From the NCBI RefSeq assembly GCF_006345805.1, contig NC_043008.1:41974001-42038000 (forward strand): a stretch of 64,000 bases of DNA. The letters run 5' to 3'. Position 1 is the first letter of the stretch. Each line of letters starts with the position of its first letter. Origin of the DNA: Octopus sinensis. Lineage: Eukaryota. Positions 1 through 13,460 of the stretch are shown here, piece after piece. Position numbers and translations under genes: made by a program. The notes under the pieces are model-generated. The model was not told the DNA's origin and ran no database searches. It saw only the letters and a program-made list of their open reading frames with translations.

Positions 1-181
1 GTATATCTATATACCCATACATACATCATAAGAGGAGGTAAGAGAGATAACTCAAAGTGGTCAGTGGCATGTAATGTATGTGAATAACGTAGACAAATAC
101 AGGTATGTTCAATGCCATACAACATAAATTTTTCTACATGGCAACATAAAAATAATAAAGAAATATATATATTTATATATA

Positions 182-422
182 TCACCGTGATCACCTGACC
201 GACCAGGCTATCAGATGTTGTTATACATCGCCGGTCACAATGCACTTTGCATTGTTTTAGCCTTCAAATGATGCCACCCCACTGGCTATGCGACCAGGCC
301 AACAGAAGAAAGAGTGAGAGAAAGTTGTGGCGAAAGAGTACAGCAGGGATCGCCACCACCCTCTGCCCGGTCTGGGAATCGAAACCGCGATCCTATGACC
401 GCAAGTTCGACATTGCACCTCC
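182..422 (-). mobile_element. tRNA-derived SINE (family C of this window), near full length
   Basis: Minus strand has a B-box-like GGTTTCGATTCC (375-386) in a tRNA-like head. The body recurs at 19391-19490 (+) and 58611-58722 (-). The 3' end runs into (AT)n. Confidence 0.7.
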
Positions 423-425
423 ACA

Positions 426-430
426 TATAC

Positions 431-468
<38 letters not shown>

Positions 469-501
469 ATATATACATAAATATATAAATATATATATAC
501 A

Positions 502-545
<44 letters not shown>

Positions 546-600
546 ACATACATATATGTATATATATATATAGAGAGAGAGGGAGAGTCGGGAGAGGGGG
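426..600. repeat. Compound (AT)n/(GT)n/(GA)n microsatellite
   Basis: Directly visible simple repeats. Confidence 0.95.
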
Positions 601-720
601 AGATAGACGGACGGAAACATAGATATAGTCTAACGTACATACTAATGTTGAGCGACATGCACCGATGTGATTGATGTGTTACATGTCAATCCGATACATA
701 TATATATGTGTATATATATG

Positions 721-764
<44 letters not shown>

Positions 765-1131
765 TATCTGACGTAAAGGCTTCCAACAAAGGTTTCTCTA
801 CACCAGTCAGTCAGGTGGCGGGGATTAAACGCATGACGTGTTAAAACTAACCGCGGAAGCCATTTCAAGTTATTTTCAGTCTATACAAACAATATACAAC
901 TGTATATCATAAATGTTATGGTGTGCTGTGTTTCTATCTTTAGATCTGCCTGAGTACCCTCTTATATGAACCCCATCAATCAACATCTATACTAAGCAAG
1001 CCGTGATCGATATAGCAACCAAAATAAATGAAATAGGAAAAGGAAATTCATACATTTATTTGAAATTAATGTCCCCGTTTTTTAGTTACTTTCCAGTATT
1101 GATCGGACGTAAGTTTTCAAAACTGACCAAA

Positions 1132-1336
1132 TACGAGGCGGTGCCGAAATGTTCCTGGCTTTGGGCAAAGGAAAATACAGAAGGATCGCTTACTTATGCT
1201 TTTATTCAACAAATTCCTTTTGCAAAATCACAAATATGTTGCAGCGATCCTTCAGTTTTTCTTAGCCCTGTAAGAGAACTCGGAAGGATGGACATCCAAC
1301 AAGGCCTTTCACGATACTTTTCAACTCTCCCTCATA
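1132..1336. mobile_element. Tc1/mariner-type MITE, degenerate
   Basis: Left end TACGAGGCGGTGCCGAAATGT and right end ACTTTTCAACTCTCCCTCATA form an imperfect TIR with TA termini. TACGAGG.. is typical of mariner TIRs. No transposase. Confidence 0.6.
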
Positions 1337-1514
1337 TACATATATATATATATGATCAAAATAGTCGACAGATTTTTTAGTTGTCCATCGCTCCCAAAGT
1401 CGTCCTCTTACAAGCTCGTTCACCACCTCAAGTACGCTTGCATGCAGTGTAACAGGGAAAATGTTTACGTTAGGTTCTACTGTCCACTTGATGGGACTTG
1501 TTTCTGACATAAAT

Positions 1515-1560
1515 ACATATGTATACACGCATACATACATACATACATACATACATACAT

Positions 1561-1617
<57 letters not shown>

Positions 1618-1748
1618 GAGAGAGAGAGTGAGATAGACAGGAGACAACTAGACACTCATACATATATTCACACAAACACATTCAAATATACATTTATACA
1701 AATATACATAGATACTCACAAACGCATATACACACACACACACACACG

Positions 1749-1784
<36 letters not shown>

Positions 1785-1790
1785 CGTTTT
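1515..1790. repeat. Compound (ACAT)n/(AC)n/(AT)n/(AG)n microsatellite
   Basis: Directly visible. Confidence 0.95.
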
Positions 1791-2174
1791 CATGATGGAA
1801 GTTAACTACAGAAGGATTTTACAGACACACACACACACATATGGCGTTGTTGCTTTGCATTTATAATAAATAAATATATACAAACTATAAAAATAACATA
1901 CATTACAGTACTGTTTCTACTTCGCGGATTTCCACCTCTCGAGGCAGGTTTTGGAATGTAACACCCGAGATAGTCGAGGCATTAATGTGTATACTGCGCC
2001 TCCAGAAATTGCATTTACAATTATAAAAAAGAAAAATTAAGAGAAAATATCTTGGAAAACATGGTCGAACAAAGTTTTATCAGAAACATCAGAACATTTC
2101 CATTGGCAACAAGTAAATTGCTGAGTTATATTTTCCTTACTTCTGAATGTTTCAACTGTAGAGATAGTTTATGA

Positions 2175-2205
2175 ACACCTCTCTCTCTCTCTCTCTCCTT
2201 CTCTG

Positions 2206-2304
<99 letters not shown>

Positions 2305-2357
2305 GTATATATATATGTATATATATATATATTATATATATGTATATATATATATTG

Positions 2358-2410
<53 letters not shown>
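2175..2410. repeat. (CT)n followed by long (AT)n
   Basis: Directly visible. Confidence 0.95.
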
Positions 2411-2413
<3 letters not shown>

Positions 2414-2576
2414 GCCTGTGTACCATAGTACTGTTTATTTAAAAAGTGGCCTGTTACTATAGAGTTTCCAAGGCCCGCATCTCCTTCTTCAAGTAAGTCC
2501 AACTGGGTGAAGAGACTTATATATTAAGCGGTTAATTTGTAGCTGATCAACTTGATGCCAGGCACAATACATATTA

Positions 2577-2800
2577 GTTATGTCTGGAGAAATTCATTCT
2601 CTTCTGGTGCCTTATAATTTAGCATACGCACCGGTAAGATTTTCGTTGCGTTTTGTAACCGTTTCAATAGTCTTGACTCTTGAAAATGTTGCAAGATTCA
2701 ACGAAAGTTTTAGGAAAATAAAAAAGAAACGTGGAAATTTTGCAGGTGAGTGTATTAACTTATAAGGCACTAAAAGAGAATTACTCTCCCCAGACACAAC
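2577..2800. mobile_element. MITE-like imperfect inverted repeat (~224 bp)
   Basis: GTTATGTCTGGAGAAATTCATTCTCTTCTGGTGCCTTATAATTTAGCATAC pairs with GTATTAACTTATAAGGCACTAAAAGAGAATTACTCTCCCCAGACACAAC. Pairing continues inward (CACCGGTAAGATTTTC / GAAATTTTGCAGGTG). No clear TSD. Confidence 0.5.
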
Positions 2801-2891
2801 AGAATATGCTTCAACACACGGACTCATATAAAGAATCTTGGAAATCTTATCCCAAAACGAAATATTTGTTAGCTATATGAGAATACCAGTA

Positions 2892-2910
2892 GGTTAGGGT
2901 TAGGGTTAGG
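2892..2910 (+). repeat. Short interstitial (TTAGGG)n tract, ~3 units
   Basis: GGTTAGGGTTAGGGTTAGG; TTAGGG is the ancestral metazoan telomeric repeat. Confidence 0.6.
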
Positions 2911-3264
2911 CTGTTTAAGTTATGTACTGAACTGGTGTAGAGAAACAGGTTTTAATGGAATGGAATGTGGGAAAGAAAGGAAACGGTGAAAGTATTGATA
3001 TGAAATCCTTACTTTCCATTATTTTACTATGCATTACTTTCATTACTGTCCATTATTTTACTGAACACATTAACGCTTAGTAACGTCTATAGAATATAGA
3101 TGCTATAAATAAGAATTGGAAATAATTGCAGAGGGAAAAGTTCATAAATTCACGCAGATGCATAAACACAAACATAAACAACAGCGTTTCAAGCAAAATT
3201 ATATATTTTGTTTATTTTCTGTATTTGTTCAAAACTTGTTGGCCTTGTGCTGAAATATGAAAAT

Positions 3265-3277
3265 ATTATTATTATTA

Positions 3278-3348
<71 letters not shown>

Positions 3349-3436
3349 TAGTTTTATTTTTATAGCGTGCTTTCACTTCACTACCGAGCGCAGCTCTGTG
3401 TGCCCTGGGTATGTGCTGTGATTTGTTGTGATGCTC

Positions 3437-3437
<1 letters not shown>
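3265..3437 (-). mobile_element. 5'-truncated non-LTR retroelement 3' end with (AAT)n tail
   Basis: ~90 bp unique segment (3346-3437) ending on the minus strand in ..AAAATAAAACTACTGAATAATAAT(AAT)n. Recognised from memory as a common cephalopod LINE 3' UTR. Confidence 0.5.
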
Positions 3438-3470
<33 letters not shown>

Positions 3471-3660
3471 CATTATTATCATTATTATTATTATTGTTGT
3501 TATTATTATTATCATTATTATCATTATTATTATTATTATTGAGTGAGAGAGCTGTGCATGCCTACTAAGTGACACTGGGGTAAAATATACGAAGCCCAGT
3601 ATGCCCATCATGACTACCCGTCTGATAAGGGTACACAAGGCACATGCATCACAACCATTG
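3438..3660 (-). mobile_element. Second 5'-truncated non-LTR/SINE 3' end with (AAT)n tail
   Basis: Unique segment 3541-3660 abuts an (ATT/ATC)n tract at 3438-3540 in the same orientation as the previous element. Confidence 0.45.
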
Positions 3661-3862
3661 GTGGTGGTGATGGTGGCGAACTGTGAGAAACGTTAACTCT
3701 CGAAAAAATCTCCTGAGCAATATTACTTCTGCCTCCTCGCGTCCGGATTTATATACTACTAAGGTCAATATTACCTTTCATCAAATCATGATCGATAAAG
3801 TAAAGTTTTAGTCACGTAAATGGAGCTGAATGTATTTGCAACAATTACTATGAAATCTACAA

Positions 3863-3943
3863 GATGGCAGTCATCACTAACGCGTAAGACAAAATGCTTC
3901 GCGTTCTGTGTTCAAATTTCGCCGAGATCGACTTTGCCTATCA
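3863..3943 (+). mobile_element. SINE family A fragment
   Basis: GTTCAAATTTCGCCGAGATCGACTTTGCC matches the family A copies at 29051-29265 and 32666-32880. Confidence 0.55.
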
Positions 3944-4199
3944 TATTTTGAAGGAAAACAAAATTACCAGTTGATCACTGGGTTCGATTTAATTCGCCTT
4001 CTGCCTCTCCTGAAATTGTTGACTTCGTTTCAAAATTTATTATTGTTATCGTTGTTGTAATCATTATTTTTGTAAGAGATGTTTTGTGAAAGCCCCTGTT
4101 TTTGTGGCTATTGTCTTTGTTAACTATACTTGTTCTAATGAGCGTTCTTAATGCTGTTATTCTCACTTCTGCTGCTGCTGGCTCTCTGATGCTCGTACG

Positions 4200-4610
4200 T
4201 GGCTAAATCATCATTCAATATCGACTATCATCAATCAACGTCAATCAAAATGCAACGCCTGAAATAACTATCAACCACTATCAACCATCATTGATTACTG
4301 CCAGTGACGAGCAATCACCTCCAGCAACCATCGTAAATCATTAACCACTAATAACAATCGTGAATCAGCATTAATCTCTAGTAACACTTTTCAGTCAATA
4401 TTAATCACCATTAAGAAACAACAACCAAAATCAAACACAAGCAGTCCTTTTCAGTCCCGAATAGTCAGCATTAACCACCGTTTGTCATCATAAAACTAAC
4501 TTCATTAATTATGAATCACCATCAGCCAATATCAAACACTAACATCAACCAATACCAACAACTATCATCAACATCGATCTCCATCTATCACCATTAACCA
4601 CGGCCAATAT
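4200..4610. repeat. Cryptic degenerate AC-rich minisatellite (ATCAACCACT/ATTAACCACT-like motifs)
   Basis: Recurrent ATCAACCA/ATTAACCAC/ATCACC words; G-poor plus strand. Confidence 0.5.
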
Positions 4611-4804
4611 CTTTGACAAGAATAATGACTTGTCATCTCGACTGAACAAATACTTTTAAGAAATATGGATTCCAAAACATGGATTTTAGTAATGGTTTTT
4701 AGGAAGTCGTTGATGCTTTTAGGATAATGGCCATCCAGTTTGGTTCCATTTAAGGTATCAGTGTGCTGTGTTCCTTCACTTTCCTTTGGAAATGTTGCTA
4801 CATT

Positions 4805-4809
4805 ATTAA

Positions 4810-4860
<51 letters not shown>

Positions 4861-4930
4861 CGTCATTGACATCACCATCATCATTATCATCATCGACATC
4901 ATCTTCGTCATCATCATCATCATCTTGTCA
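4805..4930. repeat. (ATT)n/(ATC)n trinucleotide repeat
   Basis: Directly visible. Confidence 0.95.
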
Positions 4931-5379
4931 TTGATGCTTGTTTGTGTAATATAAACGGGATTTTAAAGAATAATGGTGTGATAGGATGGAAAATAGTAAG
5001 AACCGAAAAAGAAAAAGAAAACACAATAGAATTTCTTTTTTTGTCTTGATTCTTGTATATGTTTATTTCTGCTTAGCTTTAACAAAATGCAACTTGTGTC
5101 TCTACAGGATACTAAATATTTATACAACCGCATACAGAGACATACGCATACATATATCGCATGTGTTATATAATTGCGTGTTTACGTATGCGTGCGTGAG
5201 GATGCCCGTGCGGTATATGTGTGTGCGTGTGTCCGTTCGTGTGTGTTAGTATGTTTGAGTGTTTAGGATTCTGCAAAAATATTCATATCTCTTGTGAAAC
5301 GTTCATACATTCACGCTTTTATAAAGATACACAGAGATATAGTACAGATATGCATGTGCTTATATATCCATGTATGTAT

Positions 5380-5413
5380 ACGTATATACATACACACACA
5401 CATACATTCATAT

Positions 5414-5447
<34 letters not shown>

Positions 5448-5579
5448 CAGATACATATATAGATATATACATATAATATATATATACATATACATACATA
5501 CATATATATATATATATACAGATACATATATATATATATATAATATATATATACATATACATACATACATATATATATA

Positions 5580-5653
<74 letters not shown>

Positions 5654-5680
5654 TATGTATGTATGTAAGTATGCATGTAT
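5380..5680. repeat. (AT)n/(ACAT)n microsatellite
   Basis: Directly visible. Confidence 0.95.
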
Positions 5681-5685
5681 CTTAC

Positions 5686-5758
5686 CGGTTAATATGCCTA
5701 AGTGACTATGCGTTATATCCATAAATATGCCGAATAACCCAGCAAGAAGGAATGCTAT
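5686..5758 (-). CDS. Candidate 73-nt coding exon ([24 protein letters not shown]), unverified
   Basis: Minus strand ..ATTATATTAG|ATA GCA..ACC G|GTAAGA; strong donor, weak acceptor, one open frame with a hydrophobic peptide. Confidence 0.2.
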
Positions 5759-5999
5759 CTAATATAATTCTTCGAATATAATATCAGGAAACATCGATTT
5801 TGACGACTAATGCTTCATTTCTGTGTTTATATCTTTATCTTGGAAGGAAATGGCATCAGCATTATGGAGACTTTTATGCGGTTCTTAATTCGGTTTTGTC
5901 TTCGGTTGCATTCTTGTTTCTATTAAAAATAAGACATGATACTTTCTTTTGTGCATTGTTAACGTCTCATGTCAGAGTTTGTTGACAATTGTTGTTGAA

Positions 6000-6097
6000 A
6001 TAGATAGATAGATAGAGAGAGAGAGAGAGATGGATGTATATATATATATAGAGAGAGAGAGAGATGGGTGGATAGATAGAGAGAGAGAGATGGATTG

Positions 6098-6149
<52 letters not shown>

Positions 6150-6157
6150 AATGGATG

Positions 6158-6206
<49 letters not shown>

Positions 6207-6290
6207 ATAGATAAATAGATAGAAAGGTAGGTAGGTAGGTAGGTAGGTAGGTAGATAGGTAGATAGGTAGATATATATATATATATATAT
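6000..6290. repeat. Compound (GATA)n/(GA)n/(AT)n/(GGTA)n
   Basis: Directly visible. Confidence 0.95.
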
Positions 6291-8689
6291 AAGCTTGTTA
6301 TAATACTGAGTTTCAACACTTCATATTAAATTTATGTTACAGAAAACTTCTGTGCATGTAATATAACACATCAAAATATATTTAATACGATACAGAAACG
6401 ACCTCAGGGCTGTAGAGTTAGCAGACCCGATAGAGTTCTCTATTATAATATATTATCGTATTCAAATTTGTCACTCTGTATTTTGAGCTTGTGTTTCATA
6501 ACCAATGAGATGACATTCCATAGGAATTCTTACAACCATAATTGGCATTGTTCCTGTTTTGAAAATGAAAACCAAAAAACATATTGATTTAGCCAGTTAT
6601 TGAAGCAAGGTACAGACTACGTGACAAGACTATCATACCTGTGTATTATAGTGAACCTTAAATAAATGCAATTTAGAGAATATTTACAGAACGGTAACTA
6701 AGATAGAAAAGTAATTACCAAAAATAGCTTTTTAGACAATAATTAGTTATGGTTCCGTTACTATACCGTTATACATTTCGAAGCAAAATGGGCATTTATG
6801 TTCTCGCTAGATTTCTTACAAGTATTAGCCGAATATTCCTAAAACTTCACCTTCATATTATAAATGCTATCTGGCTTATCACGTTGAGACACAATCCAGC
6901 CTCACTTCCGCGGGCATGTGTAGTCCTTTCTCAATTCCATTGTGATGATAATTGCTTCTCAACACATACAACACGGACACACACACATATATATGTTTGT
7001 GTGTGCTTGTGCGTTTAACAAGTGTTATTTTTTAACATAGGAAAGGAAATATTTCTCTTATAGACCTATGTAACTGATGAAAGTAAAAAAATACGAATAT
7101 ATATTTCTTCACACAACAAATGTTTTTGCGTAACAGTTTTTACTATAAACATGTTAGCGTTTGTTTTCACAAGGTGAGTTTTACACGCGTAGAAAAAGAG
7201 ACATAATTTGATATTATTGAAAACTTTTCGTACAGGTTTTCAATATGAATGGTTTGCGTATAAAAAAAAGTTTTGCTGAATTATTTTACATACAATTGTA
7301 GGCAAAAGAAGTCTGCCGTAGAAGAAAGCTTAGAATTTACTGACGAGTTTTCGCTGTTGTTCTGCTTATAATATATTCCTTCAGTTCTCACATACATTTT
7401 TAGACAATATAGATGCACCCCCCTCCACACACACATACACACACATATATTCATGCTTTTTGGTAGATTAACAAAAGAGTAGACTTAAAAGCTTCGGGTG
7501 CGAGATAGTGGGAATTCTCAAAACACGCCTTGCAAGGCATGCATGTGAAAAAGGCTTATGCGCTCAGTAAAACGTTTAATAAACGTTTCGACTACAACGG
7601 ACACTACCCGCTTAAGTGAATATTAGTGCCGTTTCTCATAGCTTTATTAGAGCTATTAAAGTATTATCTAATAAATCTATGAAAGACCATACTGGCTATT
7701 AATGCTGAGTGTAGTGATTCTTGCTGGATGCATACAAACGTCATATTTTCCTTATATTTACTCAATTACTCATTTTGTCATCTAAGTTAAGGAACTCTAA
7801 GGCAACCCAACTTATTATCCCAGGAACTTCTATCTGGAGGTTCCTCGTATTTGATCCTACTTAATTGTAAAGTAAATTGAAATGGCAATAAATCTGACGC
7901 CCATAGCGTGAATTATTTTACTAAAACACCTAACAAATATTCTTAAATACTTCTGAACACACAAAAGATCAACTGACAATATATCATTCCACCGTATTTC
8001 TTTGCCAAACTACAATCAGCTTTATATATACAGGATTTGTTTCTCTCAGCGAAACAGAGATACCACGTGTTTTGGACATGTTTATTTACTCGATGAATCA
8101 TCACATACATTGTTGTGAATATGATTGCTGATGATGTTCTTGTTTAACACAAGCTAAGCTCAGGCCATGTTCAACTAACACTCATAAGATATTCTCGCAG
8201 CGAGCATACAATCTATAGCTATACGCACATGCCAATATCTACTTACGCGTTTCTAAAGACAAAATTTCTAAAGACAGAGTTTCATTCGAAGAAGATCTGT
8301 CTTTTCATCACAGTCCTTATACATAGTGGTGCCCCCCAGTCACTTGCCATCATTTAACTAACATATACGAACCGTGTCCATTAAATTCAGTGATCTGCAC
8401 TTCTTCCGATATTTCTCTGAGCTATAAACGTGGTGAGAAATACTAGATGTATCTTACGAAATATGAGGGAGATAATACAAAGTGGAAACAGGTATACTCT
8501 ACGTATTTTCTAAGCGTCTTTCAATGTCACATTCTTTTGTTAGACAAAAGTAATAGTTTCTGTTCCGTAGAGAAACTAAATTCCATATCATGAAGACGCA
8601 AATGTGTTGAAGGATAGTGCCTTTTTATTGTTGCTGTCTTCGCTTTTTAGTTTTTGCAATTTCATTATTCCTGAAATATAAATATACAT

Positions 8690-8695
8690 ACATAT

Positions 8696-8753
<58 letters not shown>

Positions 8754-8931
8754 TATATTTTTATATATATCTTTATATATATAGAGAGAGGGGGAGAGAG
8801 AGAGAGGAAGAAAGGGAGTGAGAGAAAAAGGAGATATATATAAATATATCTGAGTGCACGCATGTGTTTTTATGTGTGTGTGTGTTCATAAGTACTTATG
8901 CATGTATATTAATAGAGAGAAAGATACAGAC

Positions 8932-8988
<57 letters not shown>

Positions 8989-9090
8989 AAGGGATTTAAA
9001 ATACATGACTGTTTCTATATATGTTTGTGTGTGCATGTATGTATGTATGTATGTATGTATGTACGTATGTATGTATGTATGCATGTAGGT
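8690..9090. repeat. Compound (AT)n/(GA)n/(GATA)n/(TGTA)n
   Basis: Directly visible. Confidence 0.9.
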
Positions 9091-9960
9091 ATGAATAGGC
9101 ACGTGGTTCCCATTACATGTTGTCAATTTGCCATTTACAATATTCTTATGTTAAAGACAGGTGAACCCAGTGGATATTCTCCATGAATAATGCCGATGTC
9201 AACATTTTCCAATATTCTAGAATTCCACAATTCGTTGGGGAAACTTTGACAGTTTTGCAACAAGTCCAAAATGATTAATTATTATATAATCTTCTTGTAT
9301 TTCTTCTCACGTCTCTTTCATGGTGATCAATTCCATGCCTTCCCTCAGCCATTTTTTCTAACTTTTTAGATTCGTTTTTAAACTTCTTTATCACATTCAA
9401 GTGTGTAGCTAGCAATATATTGTGCTGAGAAGTTTGTTTGATCTGCTGAATGTCCATACTTCTTCTCCAATGCAACTTGAGAATCCACGCTGTCGATTTT
9501 CCATTCATATTTCTGTAGGTCGGAGCCATTTTGTTTTCTTATGGCAGACAGTGTATAAAATATCTTTCTGCTTGCACAGTATTCCTTTTATCATTGTTAG
9601 TTCTAACCTCAAGGTGGTCTTTCTTTACAATAGTTTACTCGACGGTAGATAAAAATATACTGTATGCCATTGGATGAGAGTCGTTACTTCTGGTGAGGAT
9701 CACGGGATTTACTCGGAGTATGCTTTTCAAGAAAGGAAACTGGAAGATGACACATTTCATGCCTCGGAAACGACAGAGTAATCTGGGACCATTTCTGTGT
9801 GGGTCTACCCCTAATTAACTTAAGAGGACTGCTACGCTACTGGGGATTCTATTTATTGATAGTTTTCTTTTTCGTTATAGATTTAATTTCTAATCCTTTG
9901 TAGTTTTTCCCCCTTGATGGATGTAATGTACACGTTTTGTGTTGTCGCTCGTCTTTTTAT

Positions 9961-10330
9961 AGCAGGTGGCGCCAAGTTAGAATTTTCTTCGGGTCAAGTA
10001 GCCCATCCCGCACAAAAGGTTCCTGTGTAAGGGTCGTTTAATGATGTTGAACGAAACACTCATGTTTCAAGAGGTGAATTATCCAAACCCCAAAGAATTC
10101 CTCTCAAGACATGGCTAAGATGCTCTCCCACTACTTCTGCTCGTGATCAGAGATGCAGATATCGTCAGCCACTGAGGGACATCCTCAACTGATAAAAGTC
10201 AAACAACTGACAAGCAAATCTGTAGTATTGAGAAGAATATTTGGTGTAGCCCATCATTTATGCCAAGACAAATCAATGTACATGATAACACTTATAATCA
10301 GTTAAGATCGAAAGCCATGAGAGCTATTGC
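9961..10330 (-). mobile_element. Dispersed repeat fragment (probable LINE/SINE-derived)
   Basis: Higher-complexity segment recognised from memory as an abundant octopus interspersed repeat. No second copy in the window. Confidence 0.4.
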
Positions 10331-10345
10331 CTGTATTTTCATTAA

Positions 10346-10540
10346 GGCGGTGAACTAGAAAAATTGTTAGCACGCCAGGAAAAATGTTTACCGGCATTTC
10401 GTCCATCTTTACGTTCTGAGTTGAGATCCCACTGGAGTCGATTTAATGAGACCATTTGAGTTCTGGGGGTCAACGTAATCGATTAGCCCCTTCCCCTAAA
10501 ATTTCAGGCCTTGTGCCTAAAAAAAAAAAGGGATTATTAT
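10346..10540 (+). mobile_element. SINE family A copy
   Basis: GGCGGTGAACTAG..GTTAGCACGCC..TTCTGAGTT..AAATTTCAGGCCTTGTGCCT plus A-rich/ATT tail; aligns with the other family A copies. Confidence 0.65.
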
Positions 10541-11282
10541 CGTTGTTGTTTTTGGCTGTTATTCAAATGTCGTTTAGCTGAAGCAATACACTGACCGGCT
10601 AAATTATCTAAATTTTATTCGATATTGTTTGTGTTTGATCTCCGTTATGAATGTTTTGAAAGTGGACCAATCAGAAAAATAGCAGTGATTAAGTTACGTT
10701 GCTCTAGATATTCTAAGTCATTGACATCAAAGTCACTTTTATTTGATTTTATTTAGTTCCCACTCAGAATTATGGAAATAAATACTTATAACATTCACCA
10801 TTAAATTACAACGTCTCTATAGTAAATTAGCGTTTAGACAAAACAAGCAAACTCGTAATTATTGAAACTACTTAACTATACAGATACTGCTTTCAGGCAT
10901 TGATTACTAGGCAGCTATTTTGATTTCATAGTTTTGTTCTTGTTTTTAGACACACGATAGAGCCCTCGAGAAGCGTGTGAATACAGCAATAATATTTCTT
11001 CTCAAGTAGCTTTTGGCTACGTGCAGCATAAATCAGTGTAGATCTGTAGCTTGCTTTACCGTTACTTTTGTTTAAAATATCTTGCCGTACTTGTGGTTGT
11101 TGCGTAAGAGCTTTTGTATGAATGTGAAAGAATTTCTGTAGATGTTTCTACTGACTGAAAAGGCTTCAATCAAAGAATCTTGTGCTTAATTTATTTGCAG
11201 GGAAATTAGGCTACTTGCGGTGTTCGTTGTATATCGGATTATAAAACGTGAAGTTCTTTCAAACCAGCGCGTTAATGTAAAG

Positions 11283-11527
11283 CTGCGATGACCTGCAGAA
11301 GCAAGTATCATTCTGAGTGTAGGCTAAACAAGCGCGTGAAGCTACTTTAAATATACATACATACATACATACATACATGCATACATACATATAAACATAC
11401 ATACATACATAGGTATATGTGTGTGTTTGAATATGTATATATATGTATGTATATGTATAAATCAATAGTATATATTTATATACAAATACGCATATACATA
11501 TATCTGTATATATCACTATATATATAT
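11283..11527. repeat. Outer inverted repeat, left arm (pairs with 16151-16393)
   Basis: CTGCGATGACCTGCAGAAGCAAGTATCATTCTGAGTGTAGGCT.. is the reverse complement of 16320-16393, with 5 substitutions in the outer 74 nt. Confidence 0.9.
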
Positions 11528-11633
11528 TATCCATACACATGCATAATATACATATATGTGTGTCTGTTAATATATATATATATTATATAATCTATATATA
11601 TATATATATATATATATTTATTATATAGAAGGA

Positions 11634-11682
11634 GCTTCTACAGGACTAGTACTGTTTCATTCAAGAGAAATCTTCAGGAAGC
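11634..11682 (-). ncRNA. Type I hammerhead ribozyme (family 1, inverted copy)
   Basis: Reverse complement is GCTTC CTGAAGA TTTC-TCTT-GAAT GAA ACAG-TACTAGTC-CTGT A GAAGC; identical to 15945-15993. Confidence 0.8.
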
Positions 11683-12046
11683 TATTTAACAAGAATTGTA
11701 TTAGCATTTATACATTTAGGCAGGTTAGTCAAGGAGTGGTGGTGGGGGACTTTTGGGGGTAGGCATAGCGCAAAATATCATACTTGGGGGAGTGGTCAAG
11801 GAGTCAGTGGTAGTTAGGTGGTGAAAGAATAGATAAATAAAAAGATAAAAAATAAAAAATAAAAAATAAAAAAATAAAAATAAAAAATAAAAAATAAAAA
11901 AAAAAAATAAAAAAATAAAAAATAAAAAAATAAAAAAATAAAATGTGTGCACATACATACATAAACACATATACATACACACACACATACGTACACATGT
12001 GTGCCTATACATACCTACACGTACAACACATACAAATCATATATAA

Positions 12047-12080
<34 letters not shown>

Positions 12081-12426
12081 ATATATATATATACACAATC
12101 CAATACAGGCCCATTCCCTAATTTTAATTTTATTATCTTCATTTATTACTTTTGTTATCTTTGATCGCTAGAGCTAAGGATCCTGGCGATGGCAGCATGT
12201 CCAAATTGTCTGTCTACTAGAAGGCAAGTACTCGTTCCCGCACGCACACTCATTAGCACGTACATACACCCATTCGTACACTCATACAAACACGTACGCA
12301 CGCGTTATATCATACATACAAACACTACATACGTTCACGTATATACACATACGTACTCGTACCTACAGATTCATGTCTACACTTTAGGAGGCTAGTCTAT
12401 TATATCACCAATAAATAACATAGATA

Positions 12427-12463
<37 letters not shown>

Positions 12464-12854
12464 CACATAGACTACACACAAACACACACACATATATATA
12501 CTCCTACATACAGATACATACCTATATATATATATATACATATACCCACACATACATGTACATATATATATATATATATTATATACATACATATATAATA
12601 TATACATACATTATATATATAACTACATACATACATAACACCACACACCCATATATATACACACACATACATACACATATATATACATACACAAACATAT
12701 ATACACACATATATACTATTATATATACATAGATACACACATACATACACACACCTACATACATATACACACAAACACATACATACGTAAACATACATAC
12801 ATACATCCATACATCCATACTTACATGCACTTATACGCATACACACACCCCATC

Positions 12855-12890
<36 letters not shown>

Positions 12891-12989
12891 ATATATATTA
12901 TATATACACACTCACACATACATATACAATATACGCCCACACATACATACATACATACACGTATACGCATACACGCACATACACATACA

Positions 12990-13440
12990 TGCGTACCCAT
13001 ACACGTGCCCACACGCACATGCATCCATAGGAATCACACACACACACATATATACACGTGTGCAAGCATACATACATACTCATACACGCACACATACTTA
13101 CATATACATATATGCACACACTTACACACATATATACATACACATATACATGCATACATACATATATGCATACATACACATACACGCACATTACACATAT
13201 ACAACATGCGTACCCATACACGTGCACGCACGCACGCGCATCATATATATACACCACGCACACAATATATATACACGTGTGCAAGCATACATACATACTC
13301 ATACACGCGCACATACTTACATATAAAATATGCACACACTTCCACACATATATACATACACATATACATGCATACATACATATATGCATACATACACACA
13401 CGCGCACTCATATATACATATATATATACACAAACATACA
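12990..13440. repeat. ~215-bp tandem duplication within the foldback arm (mirrored at ~14170-14640)
   Basis: CGTACCCATACACGTG at ~12992 and ~13209; reverse complement at ~14400 and ~14612. Confidence 0.75.
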
Positions 13441-13460
13441 CATATTACATATACATACAA

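Noticed and set aside
1003-1380. 125-aa ORF as a gene
   Set aside because: It reads through a mariner-type MITE and a microsatellite; no transposase or other motif.
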